DNA of 33,041 nucleotides from Methanothermococcus sp. SCGC AD-155-E23 (GTDB lineage: Archaea > AGJL01 > Methanococci > Methanococcales > Methanococcaceae). Under the pieces are notes generated by a model. That model ran no database searches. It was not told the origin of the DNA and was given only the letters and a program-made list of their open reading frames with translations. The number at the start of each line of letters is the position of its first letter. The stretch's first letter is position 1. This document shows positions 31,030 to 33,041 of the stretch, piece by piece. Made by a program: the position numbers and the translations under genes. The stretch is taken from contig JAHEQA010000027.1 of NCBI GenBank assembly GCA_019561615.1, positions 1 through 33,041 of the forward strand, in the 5' to 3' direction.

Positions 31030-31683
31030 TTAAAGGTCTAGACACTCCCCAACCTTAGGTACAACTACCTTAACACCCATCTCCTCCACTTTCTTTACAA
31101 GCTCTGATATATCCTGCTCTATTAGAGGGAAGGTGTTGTAGTGCATAGGTATGAATACCTTTGGATTTAGATACTCAACAGCCTTCACAGCCTCCTCTGG
31201 TCCCATGGTGTACCTTCCACCTACTGGAAGGAGTACTACCTTTGGGCTGTATATCTCCCCTATAAGTTTCATATCCCCAAAGAGTCCAGTATCTCCTGCG
31301 TGATAGACTCTATCGTTAACTATATATCCTGCAGCCACTCCACCAGGGGTGTTCTCATCTATATCCGAGGAGTGTTCTGCCTTAACCATAGTCAACTTTG
31401 AGTTCTTTATCTCAATGGTCCCTCCTATGTTCATACCCTCTGCAGCAACCCCCTGTCTCCCCAGGTATACAGAGATCTCGTGGTTGGATACCACAGGTAT
31501 GTTGTACCTCTTGGATATCTCCACTGTACTTCCAAGGTGGTCACTGTGGCCATGGGTTACAGCTATAACTTCAACCCCCTTAACAACTTCCTCGTAGCCT
31601 ATGTTACAAAGGGGGTTTGGGACGAAGGGATCTACCAGTACCTTATCTATTTTGAAACATGCATGGCCGTACCAGCATATCAT
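31030..31683 (-). CDS. Metallo-beta-lactamase-fold metal-dependent hydrolase (UPF0173/UlaG-like)
   Basis: WYGHACF, THGHSDH, AEHSS, YHAGDTG, PMHYNTF; start corrected to ATG 31683 because the longer ORF runs into a tRNA. Confidence 0.92.
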   Translation of the reverse strand: MICWYGHACFKIDKVLVDPFVPNPLCNIGYEEVVKGVEVIAVTHGHSDHLGSTVEISKRYNIPVVSNHEISVYLGRQGVAAEGMNIGGTIEIKNSKLTMVKAEHSSDIDENTPGGVAAGYIVNDRVYHAGDTGLFGDMKLIGEIYSPKVVLLPVGGRYTMGPEEAVKAVEYLNPKVFIPMHYNTFPLIEQDISELVKKVEEMGVKVVVPKVGECLDL

Positions 31684-31707
31684 GTTAGCACCCTCTAGAG
31701 TTGTAAA

Positions 31708-31784
31708 TGGTGCCCCTGTCGGGATTTGAACCCGAGTCTGCGAATCCGCAGTTCGCAAGCATATCCAGGCTAGCCCACAGGGGC
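31708..31784 (-). tRNA. tRNA-Arg (GCG)
   Basis: Reverse complement GCCCCTGTGGGCTAGCCTGGATATGCTTGCGAACT-GCG-GATTCGCAGACTCGGGTTCAAATCCCGACAGGGGCACCA. Confidence 0.97.
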
Positions 31785-31822
31785 ATGCATCCTATCTAAT
31801 AGTCTCTATTGATATATTAATC

Positions 31823-32536
31823 TTATTCCTCCTTACACAGTTTCACAAACTCCTCAACTAACTCCTTTTTTATCCTCCCGTTGTTTCTATCCCCTCTGGT
31901 ACATACCGCCCCCCTAACACCTACTATATCACAGCCTATCTCCTTTAACACAGGTATATCCTCCTTTCTTATAGATCCTGCCAATGCACACTTCAACCCG
32001 TAGGTGTGAACCTCCTCTACAAACTCAGAGAGTAACTCCTTACTTAGATGATCAAATAACCTTTTACCGTCTTTAAGGGCAGTGTCTAACATTGCAACAT
32101 CACAGCCAGCATCCCTGGCAACCTTAGGTATTACAAGGGGATCTACAGCACCTACCCTATAGGCATCGGCATATCCTGCAGCCACAACTAATTTACTCTC
32201 GTCCATATCTTTAACTGCCCTTACTACATTCTCCATTACATCCAAGGCCTCCCTGTAGGATCTTGTTCCATAGAGTCCAACTTTTATATAGTCTGCTCCA
32301 CTAACAGCAGCTCCAAGTGCTGCAAGGGTTACTGTTCCAGGCTTATAAGGTACATCTCCCACCGTTGCACTAACTAGACGATCCTCTGGAGTGATATCTC
32401 TAATCTCCCTGATAACCCAGGGGAAGTTTGCACCTAGGGACCCTTCCAGGGGATTTTTAACATCTATAATATCTGCTCCACCTTCAATAGCCTCTTTAGC
32501 CTCCTCCCTATCCTTTGGACTGATAAGAACTATCAT
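31823..32536 (-). CDS. mfnB: (5-formylfuran-3-yl)methyl phosphate synthase (methanofuran biosynthesis)
   Basis: LISP...[54 protein letters not shown]. Confidence 0.94.
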   Translation of the reverse strand: MIVLISPKDREEAKEAIEGGADIIDVKNPLEGSLGANFPWVIREIRDITPEDRLVSATVGDVPYKPGTVTLAALGAAVSGADYIKVGLYGTRSYREALDVMENVVRAVKDMDESKLVVAAGYADAYRVGAVDPLVIPKVARDAGCDVAMLDTALKDGKRLFDHLSKELLSEFVEEVHTYGLKCALAGSIRKEDIPVLKEIGCDIVGVRGAVCTRGDRNNGRIKKELVEEFVKLCKEE

Positions 32537-32591
32537 CCCTTCACCTAAAGGGTGTTTTAATAAAAAATTTTTTAAAAATAGTATTTAAAGG

Positions 32592-33041
32592 TTATTTAAG
32601 CTTTACATGGTACTTTAAGTTGTTATCTCCATCTGGGAACAACTCAGGGTGTATCATCCTGGCGTAATCCTCCATGTAGCCTATAGGGTCCCTTGTCTCC
32701 CATACGTAGTAGTCAGGTTTTGATACGTAGAACCTCCCCTCTTTAAAGGCTTTAAAGTTCTCAAACCCTGAAGTGGGATAGACCTTTAGGAGATCCTCCT
32801 TACTTGTAATGTTTTTAGTTGTTCTAAGTATAACAACATCTGCATCTTTCGCCCTCTCTATAAAGGTTTCAATATCTATCTTTCTAGACCCTGTCCCAGG
32901 TAGATCACTGAATATGTATTTACCATGGAGTTGATTTATTAAAGTTACCCGGAAGTTCTGGGCCTCTGGAACAGAAGGCGGATGTGTGTCACTCAATTTA
33001 AAGACATTTACTACTGTTGGATAATCCTCTGCCTTCCTTAC
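32592..33041 (-). CDS. ABC transporter substrate-binding protein (iron/cobalamin type), C-terminal part; the gene starts beyond the window
   Basis: Frame is open to the window edge (VRKAEDYPTVVNVFK...); IDIETFIERAKDADVVI, FKAFKEGRFY, ARMIHPELF. Confidence 0.8.
   Translation of the reverse strand, partial: VRKAEDYPTVVNVFKLSDTHPPSVPEAQNFRVTLINQLHGKYIFSDLPGTGSRKIDIETFIERAKDADVVILRTTKNITSKEDLLKVYPTSGFENFKAFKEGRFYVSKPDYYVWETRDPIGYMEDYARMIHPELFPDGDNNLKYHVKLK

Overview
Gene-dense archaeal core-genome window. The gene set (mptG, mfnB, tfrB, Nif3/HcgD-like, archaeal ThrRS, PAN, aIF2 alpha/beta, tRNA-Sec) and the GGTG ribosome-binding sites and TATA promoters point to a thermophilic Methanococcales methanogen (inference). 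It holds about 32 CDS for translation, cofactor synthesis and central metabolism, and four tRNAs: Glu-TTC, Arg-TCT, Sec-TCA and Arg-GCG. Features missed or mis-called by the ORF track: nop10; a dual-guide box C/D sRNA right after guaB; a structured non-coding element between ribL and thrS that resembles HgcC / TnpB right-end (omega) RNA but has no tnpB; a RimK-family gene that seems to start at ATC; an apparent C-terminal frameshift in gltX; and a truncated NMD3-like start at the window edge. I saw no CRISPR array, intact transposase or prophage. All calls come from motif recognition without database searches.
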